From Isurus oxyrinchus (taxonomy: Eukaryota): a stretch of DNA of 64,000 bases. The position numbers were made by a program, and so were the translations under genes. The notes under the pieces were generated by a model. The model did no database searches, was not told the origin of the DNA, and saw nothing but the letters and a program-made list of their open reading frames with translations. The stretch covers positions 124,001 to 188,000 of the forward strand of contig JANJGN010000783.1 of the NCBI GenBank assembly GCA_026770705.1, read 5' to 3'. This document shows positions 1 through 13,200 of the stretch, one piece after another; the first letter of the stretch is position 1, and every line of letters begins with the position of its first letter.

Positions 1-695
1 GACCTGGGTGTCCTCATGCACCAATCGCTGAAGGTAAGCATGCAGGCAGTAAAGAAGGCAAATGGTATGTTGGCCTTCATAGTGAGAGGACAGGAGCAGG
101 GATGTCTTGCTGCAATTGTACAGGGTCTTGGTGAGACCACACCTGGAACATTGTGTGCAGTTTTGGTGTCCTTATCTGAAGAAGGATGTTCTTGCTATAG
201 AGGGAGTGCAGATAAGGTTTACCAGACTGATTCCTGGGATGGTGGGACTGACACATGAGGAGAGATTGAGTTAGTTAGGATTATATTCGCTGGACTTCAG
301 AAGAATGAGGGGGCATCTCATAGAAACCTATAAAATTCTAACAGGACTAGACAGGGTAGTTGCAGGAAGGATGTTCCTGATGGTGAGGGAGTCCAGAACC
401 AGGGGTCACAGTCTGAGGATACGGGTTAGACCATTCAGGACTGAGATGGGAAATTTCTTCATCCAGAGAGTGGTGAGCCTGTGGAATTCGCTACCACAGA
501 AAGTAGTTGAGGCCAAAGCATTGTATGTTTTCAAGGAGTTAGATATAGCTCTTGGGGCGAAAGGGATCAAAGGGTATGGGGAGAAAGCGGGAGCAGGCTA
601 TTAGTTGGGTGATCATCCATGATCATAATGAATGGCGGAGCAGGCTCGAAGGACCGAATGGCCTACTCCTGCTCCTATTATTTACGTTTCTATTC
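1..695 (+). mobile_element. CR1-type LINE 3' fragment (degenerate ORF2 C-terminus plus 3' UTR)
   Basis: Frameshifted translations QAVKKANGMLAFI / LRGHLIETYKILTGLDRV / RTRGHSLRI / FFIQRVVSLWNSLP are typical CR1 ORF2 C-terminal motifs. The 3' tail is 'gaatggcctactcctgctcctatt'. Confidence 0.9.
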
Positions 696-700
696 GATAT

Positions 701-1945
701 CAGTGACGGAGCCGGGGTCGCGTTCGGCACCAGCGGCGGAGCCGGGGTACGCGTTCGGCACCAGCGGCGGAGCCGGGGTACGCGTTCGGCACCAGCGGCG
801 GAGCCGGGGTACGCGTTCGGCACCAGCGGCGGAGCCGGGGTACGCGTTCGGCACCAGCGGCGGAGCCGGGGTACGCGTTCGGCACCAGCGGCGGAGCCGG
901 GGTACGCGTTCGGCACCAGCGGCGGAGCCGGGGTACGCGTTCGGCACCAGCGGCGGAGCCGGGGTACGCGTTCGGCACCAGCGGCGGAGCCGGGGTACGC
1001 GTTCGGCACCAGCGGCGGAGCCGGGGTACGCGTTCGGCACCAGCGGCGGAGCCGGGGTACGCGTTCGGCACCAGCGGCGGAGCCGGGGTACGCGTTCGGC
1101 ACCAGCGGCGGAGCCGGGGTACGCGTTCGGCACCAGCGGCGGAGCCGGGGTACGCGTTCGGCACCAGCGGCGGAGCCGGGGTACGCGTTCGGCACCAGCG
1201 GCGGAGCCGGGGTACGCGTTCGGCACCAGCGGCGGAGCCGGGGTACGCGTTCGGCACCAGCGGCGGAGCCGGGGTACGCGTTCGGCACCAGCGGCGGAGC
1301 CGGGGTACGCGTTCGGCACCAGCGGCGGAGCCGGGGTACGCGTTCGGCACCAGCGGCGGAGCCGGGGTACGCGTTCGGCACCAGCGGCGGAGCCGGGGTA
1401 CGCGTTCGGCACCAGCGGCGGAGCCGGGGTACGCGTTCGGCACCAGCGGCGGAGCCGGGGTACGCGTTCGGCACCAGCGGCGGAGCCGGGGTACGCGTTC
1501 GGCACCAGCGGCGGAGCCGGGGTACGCGTTCGGCACCAGCGGCGGAGCCGGGGTACGCGTTCGGCACCAGCGGCGGAGCCGGGGTACGCGTTCGGCACCA
1601 GCGGCGGAGCCGGGGTACGCGTTCGGCACCAGCGGCGGAGCCGGGGTACGCGTTCGGCACCAGCGGCGGAGCCGGGGTACGCGTTCGGCACCAGCGGCGG
1701 AGCCGGGGTACGCGTTCGGCACCAGCGGCGGAGCCGGGGTACGCGTTCGGCACCAGCGGCGGAGCCGGGGTACGCGTTCGGCACCAGCGGCGGAGCCGGG
1801 GTACGCGTTCGGCACCAGCGGCGGAGCCGGGGTACCCGTTCGGCACCAGCGGCGGAGCCGGGGTACGCGTTCGGCACCAGCGGCGGAGCCGGGGTATGCC
1901 TTCGGTACCAGTGACGGAGCCGGGGTACGCGTTCGGCACCAGCAA
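701..1945. repeat. Near-perfect 31-bp CpG-rich tandem repeat (~40 copies), unit cggagccggggtacgcgttcggcaccagcgg
   Basis: Read directly. The ORF translations repeat every 31 aa (3 x 31 bp). Degenerate copies continue to ~2095. Confidence 0.97.
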
Positions 1946-2129
1946 TAGAGCCGACATTGTATCCGACACCTCTGACACAGCCGGTATCATCAATGCAACT
2001 GCCACGTGTATACAGTATCTTCAGTGTGCCCGACATGTATATCCAGTATACGACATATCCAGTATGCGACATGTATATCGCATATCTAATGACAGTCCTT
2101 AGCCGACACCCCATCTCCGGGACAGCACA

Positions 2130-2480
2130 TGGCCTTGACCCTCCTGGACAGCCCGTGGCCCACCCCCACCCAGGGGACACCCCGCCCCCTCACCACTCCA
2201 GAGAAGCCCTCGGCACCGCCCCTTCTCACCCAGGGACAGCCCTCGGCCCTGTCGCCACCCCCCCCCCCGCCCCCCCACACATGGGGACAGCCCTCGGCCC
2301 CGCCCCCCCCACCCAGGGACAGCCATAGGCTCCGCTCCCCCACCAGGGACAGCCATAGGCTCCGCTCCCGAACCCAGGGACAGCCATAGGCTCCGTCCCC
2401 TACCCAGGGACAGCCATAGGCCCTGCCCCCTACAGATGGACAGACCTTGGCCCCGCCCCCCCGACTCAGCCACAGCCCTT
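2130..2480. repeat. Degenerate ~31-bp minisatellite (cccagggacagccataggctccgctccc)
   Basis: Recurring 'cagggacagcc' core. Confidence 0.7.
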
Positions 2481-2594
2481 GGCCCCGCCCCAGTGATTGT
2501 CCTTTTCCCTATGCCCGGTGACTATGTTCACTCCACTGCCCCCGCAGTGACTCCTCCTAGCCCCGCCCTCAGTGATGCCCCTTTGTCCCGACCC

Positions 2595-5190
2595 CCCCAT
2601 GTGGATTGTCTTTTGCCCCACCACCCCCAGGTGGATTGTCCTTTGCCCCGCCTTCATGTGGATTGTCCTTTGCCCCGGCCCCCCAGGTGGATTGTCCTTT
2701 GCCCCGCCCCCCCCCAGGTGGATTGTCCTTTACCCCGCCCCCCCAGGTGGATTGTCCTTTGCCCCGCCCCCCAGGTGGATTGTCCTTTGCCCTGCCCCCC
2801 AGGTGGATTGTCCTTTGCCCTGCCCCCCCCCAGGTGGATTGTCCATTGCCCCACGCCCCCAGGTGGATTGTCCTTTGCCCCGCCTTCATGTGGATTGTCC
2901 TTTGCCCCGCCCCCCAGATGGATTGTCCTTTGCCCCGCCCCCCCAGGTGGATTGTCCTTTACCCCGCCCCCACCAGGTGGATTGTCCTTTACCCCGCCCC
3001 CCCCAGGTGGATTGTCCTTTGCCCCGCCCCCCCAGGTGGATTGTCCTTTGCCCCCCCCAGGTGGATTGTCCTTTGCCCCGCCCTCCCCAGCAAGATTGTC
3101 CTTTGCCCCGCCCTCCCCAGCTGGATTGTCCTTTGCCCCGCCCTCCCCAGCAAAATTGTCATTTGCCCCGCCCTCCCCAGCAGGATTGTCATTTGCCCCG
3201 CCCCCCCCAGGTGGATTGTCATTTGCCCCACCCCCGCAGGTGGATTGTCCTTTACCCCGCCCCCCCAGGTGGATTGTCCTTTGCCCCGCCCCCCCAGGTG
3301 GATTATCCTTTGCCCCGCCCCGCCAGGTGGATTGTCCTTTGCCCCGCCCCCCAGGTGGATTGTCCTTTGCCCTGCCCCCCAGGTGGATTGTCCTTTGCCC
3401 TGCCCCCCCCAGGTGGATTGTCCATTGCCCCACGCCCCCAGGTGGATTGTCCTTTGCCCCGCCTTCATGTGGATTGTCCTTTGCCCCGCCCCCCAGATGG
3501 ATTGTCCTTTGCCCCGCCCCCCCAGGTGGATTGTCCTTTACCCCGCCCCCACCAGGTGGATTGTCCTTTACCCCGCCCCCCCCCAGGTGGATTGTCCTTT
3601 GCCCCGCCCCCCCAGGTGGATTGTCCTTTGCCCCCCCCAGGTGGATTGACTTTGCCCCGCCCTCCCCAGCAAGATTGTCCTTTGCCCCGCCCTCCCCAGC
3701 TGGATTGTCCTTTGCCCCGCCCTCCCCAGCAAAATTATCATTTGCCCCGCCCTCCCCAGCAGGATTGTCATTTGCCCCGCCCCCCCCCAGGTGGATTGTC
3801 ATTTGCCCCGCCCCCCCCAGGTGGATTGTCCTTTACCCCGCCCCCCCCAGGTGGATTGTCCTTTGCCCCGCCCCCCCAGGTGGATTGTCCTTTGCCCCGC
3901 CCCCCCAGGTGGATTGTCCTTTGCCCCGCCCCCCCAGCTGGATTGTCCTTTGCCCCGCCCTCCCCAGCAAAATTGTCATTTGCCCCGCCCTCCCCAGCAG
4001 GATTGTCATTTGCCCCGCCCCCCCAGGTGGATTGTCATTTGCCCCGCCCCCGCAGGTGGATTGTCCTTTACCCCGCCCCCCCAGGTGGATTGTCCTTTAC
4101 CCCGCCCCCCCAGGTGGATTGTCCTTTGCCCCGCCCCGCCAGGTGGATTGTCCTTTGCCCCCGCCCCCCCAGGTGGATTGTCCTTTGCCCCGCCCCCACC
4201 AGGTGGATTGTCCTTTACCCCGCCCCCCCCAGGTGGATTGTCCTTTGCCCCGCCCCCCCCAGGTGGATTGTCCTTTGCCCCCCCCAGGTGGATTGTCCTT
4301 TGCCCCCCCCCAGGTGGATTGTCCTTTGCCCCGCCCTCCCCAGCTGGATTGTCCTTTGCCCCGCCCTCCACAGCTGGATTGTCCTTTGCCCCGCCCTCCC
4401 CAGCAAAATTGTCATTTGCCCCGCCCTCCCCAGCAAAATTGTCATTTGCCCCGCCCTCCCCAGCAGGATTGTCATTTGCCCCGCCCCCCCAGGTGGATTG
4501 TCATTTGCCCCGCCCCCCCCAGGTGGATTGTCATTTGCCCCGCCCCCCGCAGGTGGATTGTCCTTTACCCCGCCCCCCCAGGTGGATTGTCCTTTGCCCC
4601 GCCCCCCAGGTGGATTGTCCTTTGCCCCGCCCCGCCAGGTGGATTGTCCTTTGCCCCGCCCCCCCAGGTGGATTGTCCTTTGCCCCGCCCCCCCAGGTGG
4701 ATTGTCCTTTGCCCCGCCCCTCCAGGTGGATTGTCCTTTGCCCCGCCCCAGGTGGATTGTCCTTTGCCCCGCCCCCCCCAGGTGGATTGTCCTTTGCCCC
4801 GCCCCCCAGGTGGATTGTCCTTTACCCCGCCCCCCCCAGGTGGATTGTCCTTTGCCCCGCCCCCCAGGTGGATTGTCCTTTGCCCCGCCCCCCCAGGTGG
4901 ATTGTCCTTTGCCCCGCCCCCCCAGGTGGATTGTCCTTTGCCCCGCCCCCCCAGGTGGATTGTCCTTTGCCCCGCCCCCCCAGGTGGATTGTCCTTTGCC
5001 CCGCCCCCCCAGGTGGATTGTCCTTTACCCTGCCCCCCCCCAGGTGGATTGTCCTTTGCCCCGCCCCCCCCAGGTGGATTGTCCTTTGCCCCGCCCCCCC
5101 AGGTGGATTGTCCTTTGCCCCGCCCCCCCAGGTGGATTGTCCTTTGCCCCGCCCTCCCCAGGTGGATTGTTTTTTTGCCCCGCCCCCTCC
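2595..5190. repeat. ~29-30-bp minisatellite (caggtggattgtcctttgccccgcccccc) in IPO4 intron 1
   Basis: Read directly. A variable poly-C length gives mixed reading frames. Confidence 0.95.
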
Positions 5191-5378
5191 CTGGTGATTG
5201 GCGGTTCCCACCCTGCTCACGCGCCGCTGTTTGAAAAGCGCTCGCGCCGCCGCCGCCGCCGGCTGGCAGTTGGCGCTCGAGCGCCGGGAGCAGCAAACGG
5301 CTCAGCCCCGGGCCTGTCCCCTCAGGACCCACACCGCCTGAGAACAGATCCTTCCCCCCCCCCACAATCCCCACCCAC

Positions 5379-5444
5379 CTGCTGAATCAGGGCCGTGTCG
5401 GGCTCCAGCAGGTTGTTGAGGATCTTCTCCAGGAACTCCGCCAT
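5379..5444 (-). CDS. IPO4: Importin-4, first coding exon (MAEFLEKILNNLLEPDTALIQQ); the rest of the gene lies left of the window
   Basis: ATG in good Kozak context (ccgacgATGG) and a phase-0 donor CAG|GTGGGT. The 22-aa peptide matches my recollection of vertebrate importin-4 N-termini (LE.IL..L.EPD...IQQ). It sits in a CpG island. Confidence 0.82.
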
Positions 5445-5689
5445 CGTCGGCCGGCTTCCCTCAGCGTTTGATGCGCCGCCGCCGCCTTTCCCCCTCGCTC
5501 CCCTGCCACCTCTCCCTCCCTCCCTCCGTCTGTCTGTCTGTCCGTCTCTCCCTCTCTGACTTGCTGTCACTGGCGGCCGGCAACGTGCTTCCCTTCCGAC
5601 TGGCTGCCCGCTGCGACCAGGAGGCGCCGCCGGACGCGGCGGGAGGACCTGCCGGGCAGGAGCGCCGCCCTGCGACTGGGAGGATCGCG

Positions 5690-6440
5690 TCAGCCCAGCA
5701 CCCCCCCCAATTATTGGGAGGACCCGCGTCAGCCCCGCCCCCAATTATTGGGAGGACCCGCGTCAGCCCCCGCACCCCCCATTATTGGGAAGACCCGCGT
5801 CATCCCAATGATTGGAAGGACCCGCGTCAGCCCCGCCCCCCATTATTGGGAGGACACGCGTCAGCCCCCCCGCCCCTAATTATTGGGAGGACCGCGTCAG
5901 CCCCGCCCCCAATTATTGAGAAGCTGAAGCAGCCCCGCCCCCAATTAATGAGAAGCAGTGGTAGCCACGCCCCCAATTATTGAGAAGACTGCGTCAGCCC
6001 CGCCCCCAATTATTGAGAAGCTGAACCAGCCCCGCCCCCAATTATTGAGAAGACTGCGTCAGCCCCGCCCCAATTATTGAGAAGACTGCGTCAGCCCCGC
6101 CGCTGTTATTGGGTGGACCGCGTCTGCCCCGCCCCCAAATGAGAAGACTGCGTCAGTCCCGCCCCCAATTATTGAGAAGCTGCGGCTGCCCCGCCCCCAA
6201 TTATTGAGAAGCTGCGGCAGCCCCGCCCCCAATTATTGAGAAGACTGCGTCAGCCCCGCCCCTGATTATTGGGAGGACCGCGTCAGCCCCGTCCGCTGTT
6301 AGTGGGAGGACCGCGACAGCCCCGCCCCTGGTTATTGGGAGGACCGCGTCAGCCCCGCCCCTGATTATTGGGAGGACCGCGTCAGCCCCGCCCCTGATTA
6401 TTGGGAGGACGGCGTCAGCCCCGTCCGCTATTAGTGGGAG
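5690..6440 (-). promoter_or_regulatory. IPO4 proximal promoter region made of ~33-bp tandem units containing a GC box (GGGGCGGGG), a TGACGC CRE half-site and the CAATTATTG palindrome
   Basis: Unit aattattgggaggaccgcgtcagccccgccccc repeated ~20 times, 250-1000 bp upstream of the IPO4 ATG. Confidence 0.6.
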
Positions 6441-6449
6441 ACAGCTCCG

Positions 6450-6825
6450 CCCCGCTGTGGGCGGGAGGACCGGGACTGCGCCCCCCAGTGGGCGGGAGGA
6501 CCGCGACAGCGCCCCCCCCCCCCAACTGTGGGCGGGAGGACCGGGACAGCGCCCCCACTGGGCTGGAGGACCGGGACAGCGCCCCCCTGTGGGTGGGAGG
6601 ACCGTGACAGCGCCCCCGTGTGAGCGGGAGGACCGGGACAGCGCCCCCACTGTGGGCGGGAGGACCGGGACAGCGCGCCCGTGTGGGCGGGAGGACTCTG
6701 ACAGCGCCCCCGTGTGGGCGGGAGGACCGGGACAGCGCCACCCACTGTGGGCGGGAGGACCGGGACAGCGCCCCCCTGTGTGCGGGAGGACCAGGACAGC
6801 GCCCCACTCTGGGCAGGAGGACTGG
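6450..6825. repeat. ~31-33-bp tandem repeat (gtgggcgggaggaccgggacagcgcccccact)
   Basis: Read directly. It shares the 'gggaggacc' core with the adjacent promoter repeat. Confidence 0.85.
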
Positions 6826-7254
6826 AATTCTTGCCTTAACGACAAACGTCTGGTGGAAATGTTGTCCTTTGCTGGTCCTCACCTTTTGCAAATGCAAATC
6901 CTCTAAAGCACGCCTGGGGCGTGTGCACTTGCTGTGCGGGTGTGATAGCAAAGCAGTGCCCAGAGAGTGAGGCCGTGCGGCCCGTCGTGCCTGTGCCAGC
7001 CCTCTGGCGGCTCCCTCCCATCCGTGGCCCTCCCCCTTCTCTTTGGCTGTGGCCCCTGCACTTATGTTTCCGTTTCCCCTCTTCCAGCATTTATCCCATT
7101 TTGAAAGTTACCCCCCCCCCCTCCCCACCGCCCGCCCGCCCTTCCTCCAACGCCTGCCCGGCTCGCGCCCGGCTCCCTTCTCCCACCCATCCACCCAGAG
7201 CAGCATCCGGCACAAGCACGGCGTTCGTTTTCACGCCTGCGCTGGCGAGTCCCA

Positions 7255-10200
7255 CCTCCGCCCTCGCCGCTAGGCCCCTCGACACCTCCTCCGCCCTCAC
7301 CGCTAGGCCCCTCGACACCTCCTCCGCCCTCACCGCTAGGCCCCGCGACACCTCCTCCATCACCGCTAGGCCCCGCGACACCTCCTCCATCACCGCTAGG
7401 CCCCTCGACACCTCCTCCGCCCTCACCGCTAGGCCCCGCGACACCTCCTCCGCCCTCACCGCTAGGCCTCTCGACACCTCCGCCCTCACCGCTAGGCCCC
7501 TCGACACCTCCTCCACCCTCACCGCTAGGCCCCGCGACACCTCCTCCGCCCTCACCGCTAGGCCTCTCCACACCTCCTCCGCCCTCACCGCTAGGCCCCT
7601 CGACTCCTCCTCCACCCTCACCGCTAGGCCCCTCGACTCCACCTCCACCCTCACCGCTAGGCCCCTCGACATCTCCTCCGCCCTCACCGCTAGGCCTCTC
7701 CACACCTCCTCCGCCCTCACCGCTAGGCCTCTCCACACCTCCTCCGCCCTCACCGCTAGGCCTCTCCAAACCTCCTCCGCCCTCACCGCTAGGCCTCTCC
7801 AAACCTCCTCCGCCCTCACCGCTAGGCCCCTCGACACCTCCTCCGCCCTCACCGCTAGGCCTCTCCAAACCTCCTCCGCCCTCACCGCTAGGCCCCTCGA
7901 CACCTCCTCCACCCTCACCGCTAGGCCCCTCGACATCTCCTCCGCCCTCACCGCTAGGCCCCGCGACACCTCCTCCGCCCTCACCGCTAGGCCCCGTGAC
8001 ACCTCCTCCATCACCGCTAGGCCCCTCGACACCCCCTCCGCCCTCACCGCTAGGCCCCGCGACACCTCCTCCATCACCGCTAGGCCTCTCCACACCTCCT
8101 CCGCCCTCACCGCTAGGCCCCGCGACACCTCCTCCATCACCGCTAGGCCTCTCCACACCTCCTCCGCCCTCACCGCTAGGCCCCGCGACACCTCCTCCGC
8201 CCTCACCGCTAGGCCCCGCGACACCTCCTCCGCCCTCACCGCTAGGCCCCGCGACACCTCCTCCATCACCGCTAGGCCTCTCCACACCTCCTCCGCCCTC
8301 ACCGCTAGGCCCCGCGACACCTCCTCCATCACCGCTAGGCCTCTCCACACCTCCTCCGCCCTCACCGCTAGGCCCCTCGACACCTCCTCCGCCCTCACCG
8401 CTAGGCCCCGCGACACCTCCTCCACCCTCACCGCTCGGCCACTCGACACCTCCTCCACCCTCACCGCTAGGCCTCTCCACACCTCCTCCACCCTCACCGC
8501 TAGGCCCCTCGACACCTCCTCCGCACTCACCGCTAGGCCCCTCGACACCTCCTCCACCCTCACCGCTAGGCCTGTCGACACCTCCTCCATCACCGCTAGG
8601 CCTCTCGACACCTCCTCCACCCTCACCGCTAGGCCTGTCGACACCTCCTCCACCCTCACCGCTAGGCCCCGCGACACCTCCTCCGCCCGCACCGCTAGGC
8701 CCCTCGACACCTCGTCCGCCCTCACCGCTAGGTCCCTCGACACCTCCTCCACCCTCACCGCTAGGCCACTCGACACCTCCTCCACCCTCACCGCTAGGCC
8801 TCTCCACACCTCCTCCGCCCTCACCGCTAGGCCTCTCCACACCTCCTCCGCCCTCACCGCTGGGCCCCTCGACACCTCTTCCACCCTCACCGCTAGGCCT
8901 CTCCACACCTCCTCCACCCTCACCGCTAGGCCCCTCGACACCTCCTCCGCACTCACCGCTAGGCCCCTCGACACCTCCTCCACCCTCACCGCTAGGCCTG
9001 TCGACACCTCCTCCATCACCGCTAGGCCTCTCGACACCTCCTCCACCCTCACCGCTAGGCCTGTCGACATCCTCCACCCTCACCGCTAGGCCCCGCGACA
9101 CCTCCTCCGCCCTCACCGCTAGGCCCCGCGACACCTCCTCTGCCCTCACCGCTAGGCCTCTCCACACCTCCTCCGCCCTCACCGCTAGGCCTCTCCACAC
9201 CTCCTCCGCCCTCACCGCTAGGCCCCTCGACACCTCCGCCCTCACCGCTAGGCCCCTCGACACCTCCGCCCTCACCGCTAGGCCTCTCGACACCTCCGCC
9301 CTCACCGCTAGGCCTCTCGACACCTCCGCCCTCACCGCTAGGCCCCTCGACACCTCCTCCGCCCTCACCGCTAGGCCCCTCGACACCTCCTCCGCCCTCA
9401 CCGCTAGGCCCCTCGACACCTCCTCCGCACTCACCGCTAGGCCCCTCGACACCTCCTCCGCCCTCACCGCTAGGCCCCGCAATAACTCCTCCACACTCAC
9501 CGCTAGGGCCCTCGACACCTCCTCCCTCACCGCTAGGCCCGTCCACACCTCCTCCGCACTCACCGCTAGACCCCTCGACACCTCCTCCGCCCTCACCGCT
9601 AGGCCTCTCCACACCTCCTCCTCCATCACCGCTAGGCCCCTCGACACCTCCTACGCCCTCACCGCTAGGCCCCTCAACACCTCCTCTGCCCTCACCGCTA
9701 GGCCCCGCGACACCTCCTCCGCCCTCACCGCTAGGCCCCTCGACACTCCTCCTCCGCCCTCACCGCTAGGCCCCTCCACACCTCCTCCGCCCTCACCGCT
9801 AGGCCTCTCCACACCTCCTCTGCACTCACCGCTAGGCCCCTCGACACCTCCTCCGCCCTCACCGCTAGGCCCCTCGACACCTCCTCCGCCCTCACCGCTA
9901 GGCCCCTCGACACCTCCTCCACCCTCACCGCTAGGCCCCTCGACACCTCCTCCATCACCGCTAGGCCCGTCCACACCTCCGCCCTCACCGCTAGGCCTCT
10001 CCACACCTCCTCCGCCCTCACTGCTAGGCCTCTCCACACCTCCTCCGCCCTCACCGCTAGGCCTCTCCACACCTCCTCCACCCTCACCGCTAGGCCTCTC
10101 GACACCTCCTCCACCCTCACCGCTAGGCCCCTCCACACCTCCTCCGCCCTCACCGCTAGGCCCCTCGACTCCTCCTCCACCCTCACCGCTAGGCCCCTCG

Positions 10201-13200
10201 ACTCCACCTCCACCCTCACCGCTAGGCCCCTCGACATCTCCTCCGCCCTCACCGCTAGGCCTCTCCACACCTCCTCCGCCCTCACCGCTAGGCCTCTCCA
10301 CACCTCCTCCGCCCTCACCGCTAGGCCTCTCCAAACCTCCTCCGCCCTCACCGCTAGGCCTCTCCAAACCTCCTCCGCCCTCACCGCTAGGCCCCTCGAC
10401 ACCTCCTCCGCCCTCACCGCTAGGCCTCTCCAAACCTCCTCCGCCCTCACCGCTAGGCCCCTCGACACCTCCTCCACCCTCACCGCTAGGCCCCTCGACA
10501 TCTCCTCCGCCCTCACCGCTAGGCCCCGCGACACCTCCTCCGCCCTCACCGCTAGGCCCCGTGACACCTCCTCCATCACCGCTAGGCCCCTCGACACCCC
10601 CTCCGCCCTCACCGCTAGGCCCCGCGACACCTCCTCCATCACCGCTAGGCCTCTCCACACCTCCTCCGCCCTCACCGCTAGGCCCCGCGACACCTCCTCC
10701 ATCACCGCTAGGCCTCTCCACACCTCCTCCGCCCTCACCGCTAGGCCCCGCGACACCTCCTCCGCCCTCACCGCTAGGCCCCGCGACACCTCCTCCGCCC
10801 TCACCGCTAGGCCCCGCGACACCTCCTCCATCACCGCTAGGCCTCTCCACACCTCCTCCGCCCTCACCGCTAGGCCCCGCGACACCTCCTCCATCACCGC
10901 TAGGCCTCTCCACACCTCCTCCGCCCTCACCGCTAGGCCCCTCGACACCTCCTCCGCCCTCACCGCTAGGCCCCGCGACACCTCCTCCACCCTCACCGCT
11001 CGGCCACTCGACACCTCCTCCACCCTCACCGCTAGGCCTCTCCACACCTCCTCCACCCTCACCGCTAGGCCCCTCGACACCTCCTCCGCACTCACCGCTA
11101 GGCCCCTCGACACCTCCTCCACCCTCACCGCTAGGCCTGTCGACACCTCCTCCATCACCGCTAGGCCTCTCGACACCTCCTCCACCCTCACCGCTAGGCC
11201 TGTCGACACCTCCTCCACCCTCACCGCTAGGCCCCGCGACACCTCCTCCGCCCGCACCGCTAGGCCCCTCGACACCTCGTCCGCCCTCACCGCTAGGTCC
11301 CTCGACACCTCCTCCACCCTCACCGCTAGGCCCCTCGACACCTCTTCCACCCTCACCGCTAGGCCTCTCCACACCTCCTCCACCCTCACCGCTAGGCCCC
11401 TCGACACCTCCTCCGCACTCACCGCTAGGCCCCTCGACACCTCCTCCACCCTCACCGCTAGGCCTGTCGACACCTCCTCCATCACCGCTAGGCCTCTCGA
11501 CACCTCCTCCACCCTCACCGCTAGGCCTGTCGACATCCTCCACCCTCACCGCTAGGCCCCGCGACACCTCCTCCGCCCTCACCGCTAGGCCCCGCGACAC
11601 CTCCTCTGCCCTCACCGCTAGGCCTCTCCACACCTCCTCCGCCCTCACCGCTAGGCCTCTCCACACCTCCTCCGCCCTCACCGCTAGGCCCCTCGACACC
11701 TCCGCCCTCACCGCTAGGCCCCTCGACACCTCCGCCCTCACCGCTAGGCCTCTCGACACCTCCGCCCTCACCGCTAGGCCTCTCGACACCTCCGCCCTCA
11801 CCGCTAGGCCCCTCGACACCTCCTCCGCCCTCACCGCTAGGCCCCTCGACACCTCCTCCGCCCTCACCGCTAGGCCCCTCGACACCTCCTCCGCACTCAC
11901 CGCTAGGCCCCTCGACACCTCCTCCGCCCTCACCGCTAGGCCCCGCAATAACTCCTCCACACTCACCGCTAGGGCCCTCGACACCTCCTCCCTCACCGCT
12001 AGGCCCGTCCACACCTCCTCCGCACTCACCGCTAGACCCCTCGACACCTCCTCCGCCCTCACCGCTAGGCCTCTCCACACCTCCTCCTCCATCACCGCTA
12101 GGCCCCTCGACACCTCCTACGCCCTCACCGCTAGGCCCCTCAACACCTCCTCTGCCCTCACCGCTAGGCCCCGCGACACCTCCTCCGCCCTCACCGCTAG
12201 GCCCCTCGACACTCCTCCTCCGCCCTCACCGCTAGGCCCCTCCACACCTCCTCCGCCCTCACCGCTAGGCCTCTCCACACCTCCTCTGCACTCACCGCTA
12301 GGCCCCTCGACACCTCCTCCGCCCTCACCGCTAGGCCCCTCGACACCTCCTCCGCCCTCACCGCTAGGCCCCTCGACACCTCCTCCACCCTCACCGCTAG
12401 GCCCCTCGACACCTCCTCCATCACCGCTAGGCCCGTCCACACCTCCGCCCTCACCGCTAGGCCTCTCCACACCTCCTCCGCCCTCACTGCTAGGCCTCTC
12501 CACACCTCCTCCGCCCTCACCGCTAGGCCTCTCCACACCTCCTCCACCCTCACCGCTAGGCCTCTCAACTCCTCCTCCGCCCTCACCGCTAGGCCCCTCG
12601 ACACCTCCTCCGCCCTCACCGCTAGGCCCCTCGACACCTCCTCCACCCTCACCGCTAGGACTCTGGACACCTCCTCCGCCCTCACCACTAGGCCCCTCGA
12701 CACCTCCTCCACCCTCACCGCTAGGACTCTGGACACCTCCTCCGCCCTCACCGCTAGGCCTCTCCACACCTGCTCCGCCCTCACTGCTAGGCCCCTTGAC
12801 ACCTCCTCCGCCCTCACTGCTAGGACCCTCGATACCTACTCCGCCCTCACTGATGGCCCCTCGACACCTCCTCCATCACCGCTAGGCCCTTCAACACCTC
12901 CTCTGCCCTCACCGCTAGGCCTCTCGACACCTCCTCCGCCCTCACCGCTAGGCCTCTCGACACCTCCGCCCTCACCGCTAGGCCTCTCGAAACCTCCTCC
13001 GCCCTCACCGCTAGGCCCCTCGACACCTCCTCCGCACTCACCGCTAGGCCTCTCGACACCTCCACCCTCACCACTAGGCCTCTCGACACCTCCTCCGCCC
13101 TCACCGCTTGGCCCCTCGACACCTCCACCCTCACCGCTAGGCCCCTTGAAACCTCCGCCCTCACCGCTAGGCCTCTCCACACCTCCGCCCTCACTGCTAG

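Noticed and set aside
552-5385. Long ORFs of 350-940 aa on both strands
   Set aside because: They are translations of the 31-bp and ~30-bp tandem repeats, open in many frames at once, with no domain content
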